64,000 bases of DNA, from the NCBI GenBank assembly GCA_047967505.1, contig CM106538.1; one strand, 5' to 3'. Made by a program: the position numbers and the translations under genes. Shown here in pieces: positions 25,957 through 39,078 of this stretch; positions within the stretch are counted from its first letter, which is position 1; every line of letters starts with the position of its first letter. The notes beneath the pieces are model-generated. The model was not told where the DNA came from. It searched no databases and saw nothing but the letters and a program-made list of their open reading frames with translations. Source of the DNA: Dipteris shenzhenensis (Eukaryota).

Positions 25957-27075
25957 CCCGCCAATAATAGATGGAACAGCTGTGTGCAACGGAGACTTGA
26001 TGCAGGATGGGCAAAATACTTCCAATTTGAAAATGAGTGCAACAATAGCAATACGAGAAGGTGGCAAGTACGAAATATGATCTTTGGGGCATATGTGATA
26101 CAGACAGTACTCTACGGAGTAGAGGTATGGGGTGGGAGTATATCTCCATCAACGTGGAATGAGATAGAGAAAATGCAAAAGTCTTTCATTAGGAGGCACC
26201 TGGGCATCAAGGCTACTACACCATACTCTTTGTTACTCCTAGAGACAGGATGTATACCCATAGAGCTACATGCTCTGAAGAGAGTACTCAGATACATCAC
26301 AAAGGTCAAGTGCATGGATAATGAAAGGCTACCAAAGAGAGCATGGAATGAAAGTCAGAAGCTTCAAAAGACAAACAAGGGCAAGATTTTGACATCCGGA
26401 TGGGCACAGGACCTAAAAAAATGGTTCAAGAAGTGGAAAGTAGAAGAGTATTTAAACTACTCTTCAGAGGAGATTGATGAAGAGGCTTTTCATTATGACC
26501 TGCTGAATGCACTACACAGGAAATGGCAAACAGCAGAAAACAAAGATAAATTTGAGTACTATCGCACATATATCAACCCCGAATATTGGTCAATTTATAC
26601 AGGAAGGGAGACAACAACGCAGAAGTACATATGTACACCTATAGCAGTGCATAAACGGAGGGCTTTAGCCTCACTTCGCACCCGATCACACCAGCTGCAA
26701 ATAGAAACAGGGGGATGGAAAAAGATGCCAAGGGAGAGTAGAATATGCCAACTATGTGATCAAGGTATGGTTGAAACAGAAGAACACATGGTAATGATAT
26801 GCCCTCACTATGCACACATTAGGGAAGAGTTCAATCACCTCCTTGAGGGACATAACAAACTGGCTGATTTGCTGCATAAAGGGTCACCTTCAGCTTTAGG
26901 AACATTTGTGTATAAGCTCTTCAAGCATAGGAATCCACCTGAATCCTAGAAGGTGGTTTCTTTTTCCACCCTCCCATCTTCGGGAGGAGCTTTCATGTAC
27001 TTGTGATATTGTATTGCCCAGGTCCCATAGGCCGGTTTTGGTCTTCAGAGGACGATAATATATTCTTCTTCTTCT

Positions 27076-27080
<5 letters not shown>
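25957..27080 (+). mobile_element. 5'-truncated non-LTR retrotransposon (LINE; RTE-X/L2-like ORF2 C-terminus) with (TTC)6 tail
   Basis: Open frame to the stop at 26949 with LYGVEVWG, LLLETG and LRTRSHQLQIETGGW..CQLC..ETEEH..CPHY. Tail at 27063-27080; flanks duplicated. Confidence 0.88.
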
Positions 27081-27136
<56 letters not shown>

Positions 27137-27191
27137 CCTCCCTCCCTCCCTCCCTCTCTCTCTCCCTCCCTCCCTCCCTCTCTCTCTCGCT

Positions 27192-27229
<38 letters not shown>

Positions 27230-27230
27230 C
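27081..27230. repeat. Compound microsatellite, right copy, ending in (CTAT)n
   Basis: 27081-27196 is identical to 25841-25956. Confidence 0.95.
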
Positions 27231-28692
27231 ATTGGGTCCATGATTTCGTGTACTTACAAGTGTAGTAAGCATCGTTGCCATTTTTTATATTACTACCATT
27301 TAGTTTGCTATGGCGTAAAGCCAAGATTGTGAAATCAATTTGGATGCTTTATAAGTTTATTGTCCTAGGGTATTAGAATAAATAATTATCTATGTTTACG
27401 AATATTGGATAATTAGTTGGGTCATTGGACCAACCATAATAAAACTAATCCAAATTAGAAAGATTGGCTTGGCTATCTAGCCATGTTAAGAAGTCTTTCA
27501 CAAAGAGTTCATTCAATAAGGCAATGACTTTGATCAATCAATAAATCAACAAGCTTGCAAATGAGTTTTCATGGTTAGGAGCACTCTATCCAATAGTTTC
27601 AAGACTTGAGTGTTCAAGTACCTAATATGGATGTTCTTTTGATTTGTAACATGTTTATAAGAACACTTCAACAGGAACATTAGAATGAAGTTCAAAGGAA
27701 CAAGATTTATCTCCAAAAGATGGAACATGGTTTGCAAAGGCCTATGACAACATGATTGAAGCCACCTGTAAGTCTACTTATCTCCCAATAAAAAACCTAA
27801 AGGGGTTTCAAAGAAGAAATGGAAAATTTTCTCTACTAATAGAAAAGATAATTTGAACCCTAATAATTCAAAGAAAATAACCAATCTCACAAAATTGGCC
27901 AAGGCACACAAATAAGGTGTATGGCTTTATTGTATGAAATGTGGCCACTTGAGTAAGGATTGCTCCATGAAGGCCCATATGACCATCCAAATGATGAAGG
28001 TCACATGTGAGTCAAGGATTTTCTCTATTAAAAATTTTCTTTTGGAATCTTTCTAGTGTTGTGTATGTAGACTTAGTTTATTTTTAGAATTAATGATTTA
28101 ATTAAATTGAATATATCAATCTTAGGTCATGAAGTACTTTGTGCATCCTATTTGACCTTACATCTACTCATAATTTCATCAACCATAAACTAGTGATAAG
28201 ACTCGAAATTCCCATGCCTAGCAATCACTTATGTTTCGTGCAGATATTGTCAAGAGAATGACAATTTTGGGATTGAAATATTCTAAATCTTCCTTTACAT
28301 ACTTAGGAATAGATGAAGGGCTACCATTCCTAGAGATGAATCTAATAGAGCAGATCTTATGTTGGGAATAGAATGTTTTTATAACAAGAGGATACTTTGA
28401 AGATTGATTGGAAAAGGGATGTCATTCATTTTTTTCAAAACGCCTGTGATTTATATTTTTAAAAGATATTTGTTAAACCATCTTTGAACCTTAGAAATGA
28501 TTTGGAAATTTTTAATGCATCACATGATGATGATTTTGAAAATTCTCAATGTATAGCGATTTATTTTAAATTTTTTGAGTGCTCCACTATATGTCATCCA
28601 TAAATAATTTAGACTTGTTTGAGGAATGGTTAGTTAAAAATGGTTACATGGATGTATTTCCAACGAAATTGCCTTATGGGCTACCATCTACT

Positions 28693-31600
28693 TGTGGGGG
28701 TTAAAGGTCACTGTGCCTTAACCCCGGTTATGTACAATACTCAAACACATATATAAATGAATGAAAAAGAAGATTAGGGTGGTTCTGCACCCACCAAACT
28801 TGTGTGGCTCTCTGTCTCTCTCTCTCGCTCCCTCTCCCTCTTCCGTTCTTACTTCCGTTGAGAGCACTCTCAATTGGTATCAGAGCCCGGGTGATCTAGC
28901 TGAGCGTGCGTGAATGCTTGAAGCTCAGCAGCTCTGTGGGAGGAAGGAGAAGCTATGTGGGAAGCTTTGTGGGTGACTTTACTTACATCCGAGTGTGCAG
29001 AGACCTTGGAGAAACCTTTGGAAAAGTCACTTTGGCTTTGCGAAGTGGTTTTGAGAGCCTGTTAAGAGCTTTCAAAGAAAAAGTCATTTTTTGAGCTTTT
29101 CCCTGTTTCGTTCGATGACAGAGACTCCATATTGACTTGTAGAGGCAACTATTGCTTGCTTTTGGTATCCACATTACTTCAGGAGCCTGGAAACACCTTC
29201 ATTCCTGAATCTGGGATCATTTCATTGGATTTCTGACTCACTATGTCAGTTCCTGCGTTTTTTGCCCGGGTGTTGGAACTCAAGTTTGGAGCAACCATTT
29301 GCAGATCTGTCAGTTCCGGTGGACTCAGGAGGTCCTAAAACTTCTATGTTGCTCATCATTTGTACTCCGGTGGAGTTTACAAACAGCTCTGTTTCCAAAA
29401 ACGTTTTTCAGTCCGTGTGTTGGACCCAGTGATTGAGACAACGGTTTCCAAAACCGTCTGTCCCATTGCATTCCGGACGCCCAAAAACCCCTACCTATCA
29501 ATTCTTGCGCGATTCGGTGGAGGATTTTCAGAGTTATAAATCTCTGTGTATTCGATTTCGTCTCTCTGTTATGCATTTTTCATACTAAGGTTTTGAAACC
29601 TTAGATTTATGCCACATGGCAGTGGATAAGTGTTGACTCCCATTTCTCACTCATCGGTTGGGATTTTGGAGTTCTGGCAGAAGAAAAATATTTGCATATT
29701 TTCTTGCTGATTCCGATTATGCAATGGCACCCATGTTTTGAGGCATCTCAGGTTCTATTTTCAGTAGCGCTCATTACCGTGGGACTATGATTTCTTGAGC
29801 ATACCTTATGCAGATCACTCTGGTTGCAGTTTGAGCAGTGTGCACTCATTCGTGGTATGCATTGGGTTGCAATGGATGATTTATAGGCCATTTGGATGCA
29901 TTGCGGTCCTTGTTGGATGCGCTGATAGGCCCAAATTGCCTTGTGGGATGCTATTTTTTATGGACGCTTTGCACATGGATGCTATTTTATGCTGAGGGGG
30001 GACAGCTTTGAAACATTGCAGGTGATGCACTGATAGTGCTATGCTCTCTTGGATGAGACATTATTGATGCATATGCCAGTGGACAGTGTTTATGCTTGAG
30101 TCATTTAGCACTTATTGGCATTTTCTTTTGGGCCAGATTTACTCATATGGATGCATAGTATATGCACATGAGTCAGATGCTTTGAGCTTTGAGTTTTGGT
30201 GACATTTCACTCTATTGTGGCATACACATTTGGGTGCACCTAGTATTTGGTGTGATTCTCTCTTGCAGGCACTAGCATTTGGGATTTTTGCTTTATTTGC
30301 ATCATGGCATCCTCTTCCATGTCTGAAAAGGAGTTTTTCAGCATTAAAAAGTTTGATGGGACAAACTTTTCTTTGTGGAAAGAACAAATAAGGGATGTGC
30401 TTATTCAAAAGAAGCAGATTAAACCCTTGGCAGGTATTGAAGCTAAGCCTGTGGATATGTCTGAGGATGATTGGAATGAGTTGGATGCATTACCAAAGTC
30501 TACAATTAGACTTCATCTTGCAGAGTCAGTTTATTTCACAGTAGTAAATGAGCAGACTACGAAAGATTTTTGTGGAAGAAACTGTGTGCCACTTATGAGA
30601 AGGAAACTGCCTCTAATAAAGTTTACCTCATGAAGAGGTTGTTTGAGCTGCAGATGAAGGAAGGGGTCTCCATTGCTTCTCACTTGAATGAATTCAATAT
30701 TATTTTCAGCCAGCTTCAGGCTCAGAAAATGAATTTTGATGCGGAGACTAAGGCAATATTTCTCTTATGTTCATTGCCATCCTCATGGGATACCTTCCGT
30801 ACAGCTGTCAGTAACTCTGCACCTGGTGGAGTACTGAAATTTGATGATGTTGTGGGTAGCTTGTTGGTCGAGGAGATTAGACGGAAGTCTATGGATGGCA
30901 ACAAGCAGGATGCAGCCTTAAATGTGCAAAGGGGCAGATCACAGTTCAGGGGGAAGTCCCAAGAAAGAGTGAAGTCACGTAGCAAATCCAGGGCACAGAA
31001 CATTGAGTGTTACCATTGTGGCAAGAAAGGCCATATGAAAAAGGATTGCTACAAGCTGAAAAGAGAGCAAAAGGATAAGAAAAATAATGCAAATTGGGGT
31101 GCAAATCAAAAGGAAGAGAGTCCAAGGGAGGACAAAGGAAAAGTGAAGATCGAGGAGATCAATGCAGTCACACATGATAGTGACAATGATGTTCTCTTCA
31201 TGTCTACTTTATCTGCAGAGTTGCTTACCACTTCAGATGATGCATATTCCCAGGATTGGATTTTGGATTCTAGTGCTTCATTCCATGTTACTCCCCATAG
31301 GGAATGGTTCTCCACTTATGATAGTGGAAAGACAGATTGTGTGCATCTTGGAAATGACTATGCATGTGACATAGTGGGAGCAGGTGACATAAAGTTTTCT
31401 TTTGCAAATGGGTCTGCATTTGTTTTGAAACATGTGAGACATGTGCCTAAGCTGACCAAGAGTCTTATTTCAGTGGGTCAGCTAGATGATGCTAGTTTTC
31501 ACACCACTTTTGGCTTTCAAAGTTGGAAAATTCAGAAGGGCTCTATGCTTTTGGCCAGGGGTGCCAAGTGTGGGACTTTGTATCCCTTACATGTATCAGG

Positions 31601-34478
31601 GGTATTTGATCATGTTGTTGCAATAACCGAGCAGCCAAGCACTTCTTTGTGGCATTGCAGGTTGGGGCACATGAGCCAGAATGGAATGAAACTCTTATGC
31701 CGTTTGGGTTATGTACCGCATTTGAGTTTCTCTGATTTTGAATTTTGTGAGCATTGTCTCTATGGGAAGCAGACTAAATCAGCCCATAAAAGAAGGGGAA
31801 AGAAAGAGTTTGAAAAGCTTGATTTGGTGCATTCAGACGTATGTGGTCCCATGCCTACACGGTCATTAGGCGGGGCTGAATACTATGTGACATTCATTGA
31901 TGATGCAACTAGGAAAGTGTGGGCTTATGCTATAGCTCGGAAGAGTGATGTGTTCCAGGTATTTCAAAAATGGCTGGCCTTGGTTGAGAATCAGTCAGGT
32001 AGAACGCTTAAATGCCTACGGACTGACAATGGTGGAGAGTATCTCTCTCATGACTTTCAGCATTTCTGTGATACACGTGGGATTAAGAGGGAGCTCACAT
32101 CCCCTCGTATTCCAGAGCAAAATCCAGTTGCAAAAAAGATGAACCATACCATTCAAGAAAGGTTGCAATGCATGCTTTCCAATGCAAGTCTTTCTGGTGG
32201 TTTTTGGGCTGAGGCAATGAAGACTGCAGTGCATGTGATCAATAGATCACCTAGTAAGAGTTTGGATGGTGGTATTCCTGAAGAGGCATGGAGTGGCAAG
32301 AAGCCCTCTTACTCTCATTTGCGTATATTTGGGTGTGAGGCATATGCACACGTGCCAAAAGAGCTTCGAAAGAAGCTAGATCCTAAGTCTAGGAAATGCA
32401 TCTTTCTGGGTTATGGTGAAAGTGGAGAGATGGGCTATCATCTCTGGGATCCAGAAGCAAAGAAGATCATACGCAGCCATGATGTGGTCTTCAATGAGAA
32501 GAAGATGCATAAGGCACCCATGAGGGATGTGGAAATGAGGAGAATCACTTTCCAGGATGTGAATCCACCTGCATATATTGATAGACAGCAAGCTGTCCAT
32601 GCACCAAATGTGCAAGAAATGGTGCCACCAAGTACTCCCACATGTATACAATCAAGGGTAGATGATGGATCATCTATTGGTGGAAATGATGAGCCAAATG
32701 TGGCTGATATGCAGGTGGGACAGCAAGCTGAAATGCCATTGAGAAGATCATCTAGAGTGTCTAGACCACCTGATAGGTTTGTTCCAGGGGTAGACTATGT
32801 GATGCTTACTGATTGCGGGGAGCCTTCTTGCTACAAAGAGGCTATGATGCGTGAGGATCAACGCAAGTGGGAGTATGCTATGCAATCAGAGATGAGTTCA
32901 CTTATGAAGAATAAGACTTGGGACTTGGTTTCTTTGCCACATGGAAAGAAAGCATTGCCATGTAAATGGGTCTACAAAATGAAGGTCACAGGTGATGATG
33001 TGCCTAGGTACAAGGCCCGTTTGGTTGCTAAAGGGTTCAAGCAAGAGAAGGGTGTGGACTTTGATGAGATATTCTCTCCGGTTGTGAAGATGACCACACT
33101 TAGATGCATGCTTGGACTAGTGGCAGTAGAGGATATGGAGCTTATGCAAATGGATGTCAAGACAGCTTTCTTGCATGGGGATTTGCATGAGGAAATTTAC
33201 ATGGTGCAGCCGGAAGGCTTTGAAGAAAAGGGAAAAGAGCATTTAGTTTGCAAGTTGAAGAAGAGTCTCTATGGTCTTAAGCAAGCACCTAGAGAATGGT
33301 ATCAGAAGTTTGATGCTTTCATTCGGTCCCAGGGTTTTAGAAGGAGTGAAATTGATCACTGCCTCTACACTAAAAGGGCTAAGGATAGTAGCCTGATAAT
33401 CCTGGCACTATATGTGGATGATATGCTATTGGCTAGCAAGAATACTTATGAGCTAGATGCATTAAAGGCCAAGTTGCATGAGGCCTTTGATATGAAGGAT
33501 TTGGGATTTGCAGGTCATATTCTTGGTATGCTCATCACGCGTGATCGGAGTATCCTTTGGCTTTCACAAAAGGAGTATGTTACAAAAGTATTGCAGCGTT
33601 TCAATATGGAGGGGGGGAAGGCAGTGAGTACTCCATTGCCTCCATATGTGAAACTGAGTCATACAGATAGTCCCAAATCAGATGAGGAAAGGGCCATGAT
33701 GGCCAAGGTTCCTTATGCATCAGCAGTTGGGAGTCTTATGTATGCTATGATAGCTACTAGACCAGACATTGCATTTGCAGTGGGAGTTGTTAGCCGGTAT
33801 ATGGCTAATCCAGGAAAGAGGCATTGGGAGGCAGTTAAGTGCATCATGAGGTACATGAAGGGTACCAAGGAGATGTGCATCTGCTTTGGTAAAGGAGACA
33901 TGCGTGTACTTGGGTACACAGATTCAGACTATGCAGGGCATGTGGATAGTAGGAGATCCACTTCTGGTTATGTGTTCACCTTTGCAGGTGGTGCAGTGTC
34001 GTGGATGTCTCGCGCACAGAAGTGCGTTGCTTTGTCTACCACAGAGGCTGAGTATGTTGCAGCCACAGAGGGTTGCAAGGAGGCTATATGGCTTGATCGG
34101 CTAGTGGGAGATTTGGGGATTCATACAGGTGTACCGACATTGCATAGTGATTCCATGAGTGCTATTCAGCTAGCATGGAATCCGGTCTTTCATGCAAAGA
34201 CCAAACACATTGAGGTCAGGTACCATTTCATCAGGGAGGTACTTGAGGACAAGCGCATAGAGCTTGTCAAGGTTCATACAGATGATAACCCTGCAGATAT
34301 GCTGACGAAGAGTCTACCTAGTCAGCGGTTTGAGTATTGTCGTGTATTGATGGGCATTGGATAGTATGCTCACTAGTTGTTCTCTCTTAAAGGCACATTG
34401 TCCTTTAAGTGGGAGGTTGTGGGGGTTAAAGGTCACTGTGCCTTAACCCCGGTTATGTACAATACTCAAACACATATA
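28693..34478 (+). mobile_element. Ty1/copia (Tnt1/Tork-like) element with truncated 3' LTR
   Basis: 5' LTR 28693-28872; PBS TGGTATCAGAGC 28875-28886; ~1.4-kb leader; PPT ~34407-34416; 3' LTR only 34418-34478. Confidence 0.93.
30304..34364 (+). CDS. copia gag-pol polyprotein with one frameshift near 30570
   Basis: KKFDGTNF gag, CYHCGKKGHMKKDC, WILDSSASFH (protease DSG changed to DSS), integrase, YVDDML RT, ADMLTK RNase H. Confidence 0.9.
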
Positions 34479-34479
34479 C

Positions 34480-35000
34480 CGAATAATATCATAGATTATA
34501 GTAAAACATACCCATTTTAGAATTGTTCTTGATATTTTAAGGCTGGATGAGTTATATGCCAAAGAATCTAAATGTGAACTTTTTGAAGTATCATATCTTC
34601 TATCCAAAGAATCTAAATGTGACCTTTTTGAAGTATCACATCTTCTATCTTGGTGATAGTCTTTGTTGATGGGATTTTGATGGTACAACGTTTAGAAAGG
34701 TATTGGAAGGGCCTATCCCTCACACAGTTAGACAACTTTGGTCTTTCCTAGGATTTATAGTAATTTTTCCAAAATCATATTTGAAATTCTACTCAGATAG
34801 CTCTCCATTGACGAAAATTTTTAAGGGGTGACAAAGAAGAGCAACAATCTATAAGTTGGAATAAAGATTTGAATAATAGTTGAGACTTTGAAACATCAAT
34901 TTACCACTATATCTATGCTAGCCATTGTCAACCCTAACAATCCTTTTGTTATTGAAATGGGAGCAATCATTTTGCAATAGGTACCAACACTAATTTAGCC
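34480..35000 (+). mobile_element. Decayed gypsy RT/RNaseH fragment; its 5' part probably lies at ~28130-28690
   Basis: SFLG..., SPLTKIFKG and PMLAIVNPNNPFVIE remnants. Confidence 0.5.
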
Positions 35001-35049
35001 TATCCAACAACAAATATATAATTCTTATGCTAACACTCCTTGGTGATTG

Positions 35050-36450
35050 CATGGTCTATATGTCAATGGTGTAAAGAAGGCTTATAGAATACTTTAATGG
35101 GGAATCCCTTGGATGCATACGTCCAATTGACAAAAAAAATATGAATTTATGGTATAAAGTAGTCCATCAAAATGTTTAAAAGGTTTTGCCAATGACAGAG
35201 AATAGGGGCATCCTTTCATAACAAATTTTTCATTTACAAAGATAGGCTATTAACAGAGGTAACAAAGTTCTAAAGGTACTACCAGCAATGAAATAGTTTG
35301 CAATCTATCTAGTTTTGGTAATCTAGTCCTTGTATCAATCAACAATTCAATTTGATCTTTGGATACTTCCTTGTCCTTAAAGTTTTAGAATCTTCTAGAA
35401 TTCTAAGATACACCCACATGCCATTCTTATTTGCATAAAGCTTTTCCCTCTCTTGAGCACTTTTTATGGTATCTTTAGGTTGTGCTAATATCTCTTGCAT
35501 ATCCATAAATAAATATTTAGCTATCTGAACCTTCATATTCTAGAGGCCTAGCACAATTGGCAATCTGGGCATGTATCCAGTTTCCATACATACGTGTAAA
35601 GAGACTAAAACAGTAGATGAATGCTTAGCACTAAGATAGGCAAATTTCATATTTGGAAGGTACCTCTCTCACGTATGCTCGAAGCATATCCTTGATAACA
35701 ATTTACCCTATTTATTTGCCCATTATATTGAGGATGATCAACTAAGCTCATGCCTAAAAAATTTTCCACTTTCTCAAAAACTACTAGCTATGTAACCATA
35801 AAGTGTAAATAAAGAGTTGTTCTATAAACTATTGTGCTAATTTTGGTGCCTTTACATTTGTCCTAACAGGTATAAATTGCACAAGTTTGGTGAGCTGATT
35901 AACTACACTCTCAAATGCATCATGTCTTGTAATTTATCCGAGGTAAACCTATGACAAGATCCATAGATAGATTTTCCCATTTAGTATCAAGAATCTGTAG
36001 AGGATGCAACATGCCTCCAGTTAAAAGCGTTATGTCTTATTAATTTGGTATGTATGACATCTAACCACATAGTCCCAGAATACACTTCTCAATTTCATCT
36101 TATAAAAAGTTTTGCTAGACCAAGTCATAGGTCCTTTGTATACCTGGATGACTTGTACTAGGGAGGTCATGACATTCATATTAAATATTTTTATTTATGT
36201 GATTCCCATCATCTGTGCACAGTTTTCCTTTGTAGAATAGCAATCCATTTTGGATTGTATTTGGTTTCTAATGTCATTATCAAAGGTAACACTCTACTAC
36301 TCTACAGGCATCCTATGAGATTTGGCAAAGACACTTATTAGTTCTTATTTCAACAAAGCCTAGCACATTCAATTCTTTAGCCTTGCTCAAAGTATCCACT
36401 AGTTGATTTCTTTCAAATGTCACATGATCCAGCCTACATCCATGCAATCT
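35050..36450 (-). mobile_element. Decayed gypsy integrase fragment
   Basis: GMLHPLQILDTKWENLSMDLVIGLP at ~35945-36018 and HDLPSTSHPGIQRTY at ~36130-36175; ORF 35339..35536 resembles the integrase C-terminus. Confidence 0.75.
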
Positions 36451-36594
36451 TAGTTATACAATGCAATGAAAATTTTTGATGTTCAAATTTGCCCCTAAAA
36501 AGGAGAGGCTACCTTTAACTAACAACTACCCCTTTGCTTTATAATGTGTATGCAAGCTTGGATTCAACACACATATGTCACAATTTTAATGTTA

Positions 36595-36791
36595 AGATTA
36601 TGACGCACTCAATGGTTGGTGTGTACTCAATGATTATGACGCACTCAATGAATAAATAGCTCAATGATTATGACGTACTCAATGATTATGACGTACTCAA
36701 TGGTTGGTGTGTACTCAATGATTATGACGTACTCAATGATTATGTCACAATTTTAATGTCAAGATTATGACGCACTCAATGAATAAATAGC
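36595..36791. repeat. Mosaic ~18-bp minisatellite (GATTATGACGYACTCAAT / GGTTGGTGTGTACTCAAT / GAATAAATAGCTCAAT)
   Basis: About 10 units seen directly. Confidence 0.85.
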
Positions 36792-37244
36792 TTCCAAACA
36801 GTGGAATCCTAGGGGCTATGGATGATGTGTTTCCCCCCACCTTTCTTTTGGAAAATAATAATGGAAGTTTAGCCCTTTTTCATAGGTTTGCACTAGGTGG
36901 ATTACTTTTTTCTTTTTTTCTTTTTTTTTGTCTTTTCATAAGTTTGCAGTTGGTGGATTACTTTATGGAAAGGCTATGCTTTATCTTGTTTCGTAGCTGA
37001 TGATCCATGGTGATCCAATTATGTATTATAGGCAAATTTGCTTAAAAGTTATTAAAAATTACAATTATCCCCAAAGCTCACACATCCTATGTGTGTTGAT
37101 CCAAAAATTGCAAGCTTGTATGCTAACTGCCATAATACCAATATTGTCAATCATCCAAAGTTGTAGTGCTTCTCGTTTACATAACGATAATGATTTATAG
37201 TTTTATAGCATTCAACTTCTTACTTTGTACCACTTTTGGATAAA

Positions 37245-37749
37245 CGAGTAGTGAACCTGTGCTTTGTACGGGCAAAGATGCATGACCATCCTCAACCACT
37301 CCTCATCTGAAGGTGGATCTTTGATTCTTAAATTTTGGCTAAGTCTTAACCCTGCACGGCTAAAGATGCATGACCATCCTCAACCACTTCCCATTTGAAG
37401 GTGAATCTTTGATTCTTTAAATTTGGCCAAGTCTTAACCCGTGGCTCTGAGACCTTCCATCTCCTCCTTTCATTCCATTAACCTTCCATCTCCTTCTTCC
37501 TCCCAAAGGTGACCTTCCATCTCCTCCATTCCATTGACCTTCTATCTCCTCCTTGCCCCTAAAGCTGGCTCTTGTCTTTCCACCTCCTCCCCAAAGCCTC
37601 CCTCTTGTCTTTCCACCTCCTCCCCCCTCCAAGAGCTCCTTCTATGTGACACGTGGCGGGCTCTTCTCCTCCAAGTTGCCACCTATCCTCTCCTTTTTTT
37701 TTTTTGTCTATGGTTAATAGGTTAAAGATTTAATTCCATATACAAGAGA
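37245..37749 (-). mobile_element. Non-autonomous Helitron (~505 bp)
   Basis: On the minus strand it starts TCTCTTGTATAT after an A, has a subterminal hairpin CCCGTACAAAGCACAGG (37256-37272), ends CTCG before a T, and has no TSD. Confidence 0.65.
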
Positions 37750-38804
37750 TCACTTTGATTACCCCTTAATTATTATCCCTTGATCCTCCAAATCTAGCTA
37801 TTTTCCCATAAAATATGTATATGTTCAGCCTCAACTTAAATGGTTTCTTGTAAGCTTTATTTTGTTGTCTTTGTTTCCATTATAAATTATTACGCACCCC
37901 TTTCTATGAGAAATGATCATCAATGATACCCAAGTTTATTAAAATTGATAACGGAAAGGCCATATACAAGTTTATTAAAAGTGAGAAGGGAAAGGCCAAA
38001 TACAAGAGTAAACAAGAGATTCTTGGAGAATGGTGGAATGCACATGTAAAATATAAAATATATAATAAAGGTAAGAGCCAAGATGTTCTTAGGTGTGCTC
38101 TTGCGTACTTTTAGGTGTGCCTGAGCATTTTTTACATGTATGGTATTCTAGGATAAAACCTTTAAAGTACACTACAAGGCAAGATGAAAAAGGAATTTGT
38201 AGGGTGGAAGGCAGGATAGATCTCAAAGTTGGTAAGGGGAGAGGAAAGTAGGCTTCACATTCAAATAAAAATCATGCATAAAATATGTCATAAAGTCTGA
38301 TTGCCAAGATGTGCTTAGGTTTGCTTATTCAGACTTTTCCATATGCATGGTCATTTTCCTTGAGAACTTTATTATACATAGAAAGTAGTAGAATTTGGTT
38401 TAAGAAAGACGAGGGTAGTTGGTTCACATGTTGTATGCCTTTATGCACATGAAAGCATAATTTTGGAAGGATGAGTCATAAAAGTCCTTCAAATAGAAAG
38501 GGATCTGAAGGGGGATATGAAGGAAAAGCTATTGTTATCATGGTGGTTGCATAAGTTGTAGAGCTAAGGAAGGTAGGGTTGGGAAATCTCCGAATGGGAT
38601 TGGAGGCAAACACCTCTTTAGAGAGGTGCAATCAATACCAAATGGCACGATTCTGTGTGGGCTTAAAGGGTAAGCATAATTTTGTCCGTGTGCCTATGTG
38701 CAACCTCTCTTGACACGATAACACTTATGAAACCATCCATAGCCTTTCTCATTTGTTAAGAATTCTTGTTCGGCATCAAAGCAATCGGCTTTTTATCTAG
38801 ATTT

Positions 38805-39078
38805 GTGGTGTTTGTGGTGGCCCCTTAGCCCAAAGTCTTCATTAGCAGAAGGGATCATTACATGTAGTGGGTGGTTAGGTAGTTGGCATGGGAACATAAT
38901 GGGTTAGGCCAAGGCAATGTTGAAGCACGTAATCATCGGCTTTTAATGGTGTTTGTGGTGGCCCCTTAGCCCAAAGTCTTCATTAGTAGAAAGGATCATA
39001 ACATGTAGTGGGTGGTTAGGTAGTTGGCATGGGAACGTAATGGGTTAGGGCAAGGCAATGTTGAAGCACCTAATCATT
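38805..39078. repeat. ~140-bp tandem duplication
   Basis: TGGTGTTTGTGGTGGCCCCTTAGCCC...GAAGCAC.TAATCAT occurs twice. Confidence 0.85.

Noticed and set aside
36595-36791. CRISPR-like repeat/spacer appearance
   Set aside because: Units are ~18 bp, the 'spacers' recur, the context is eukaryotic and there are no cas genes.
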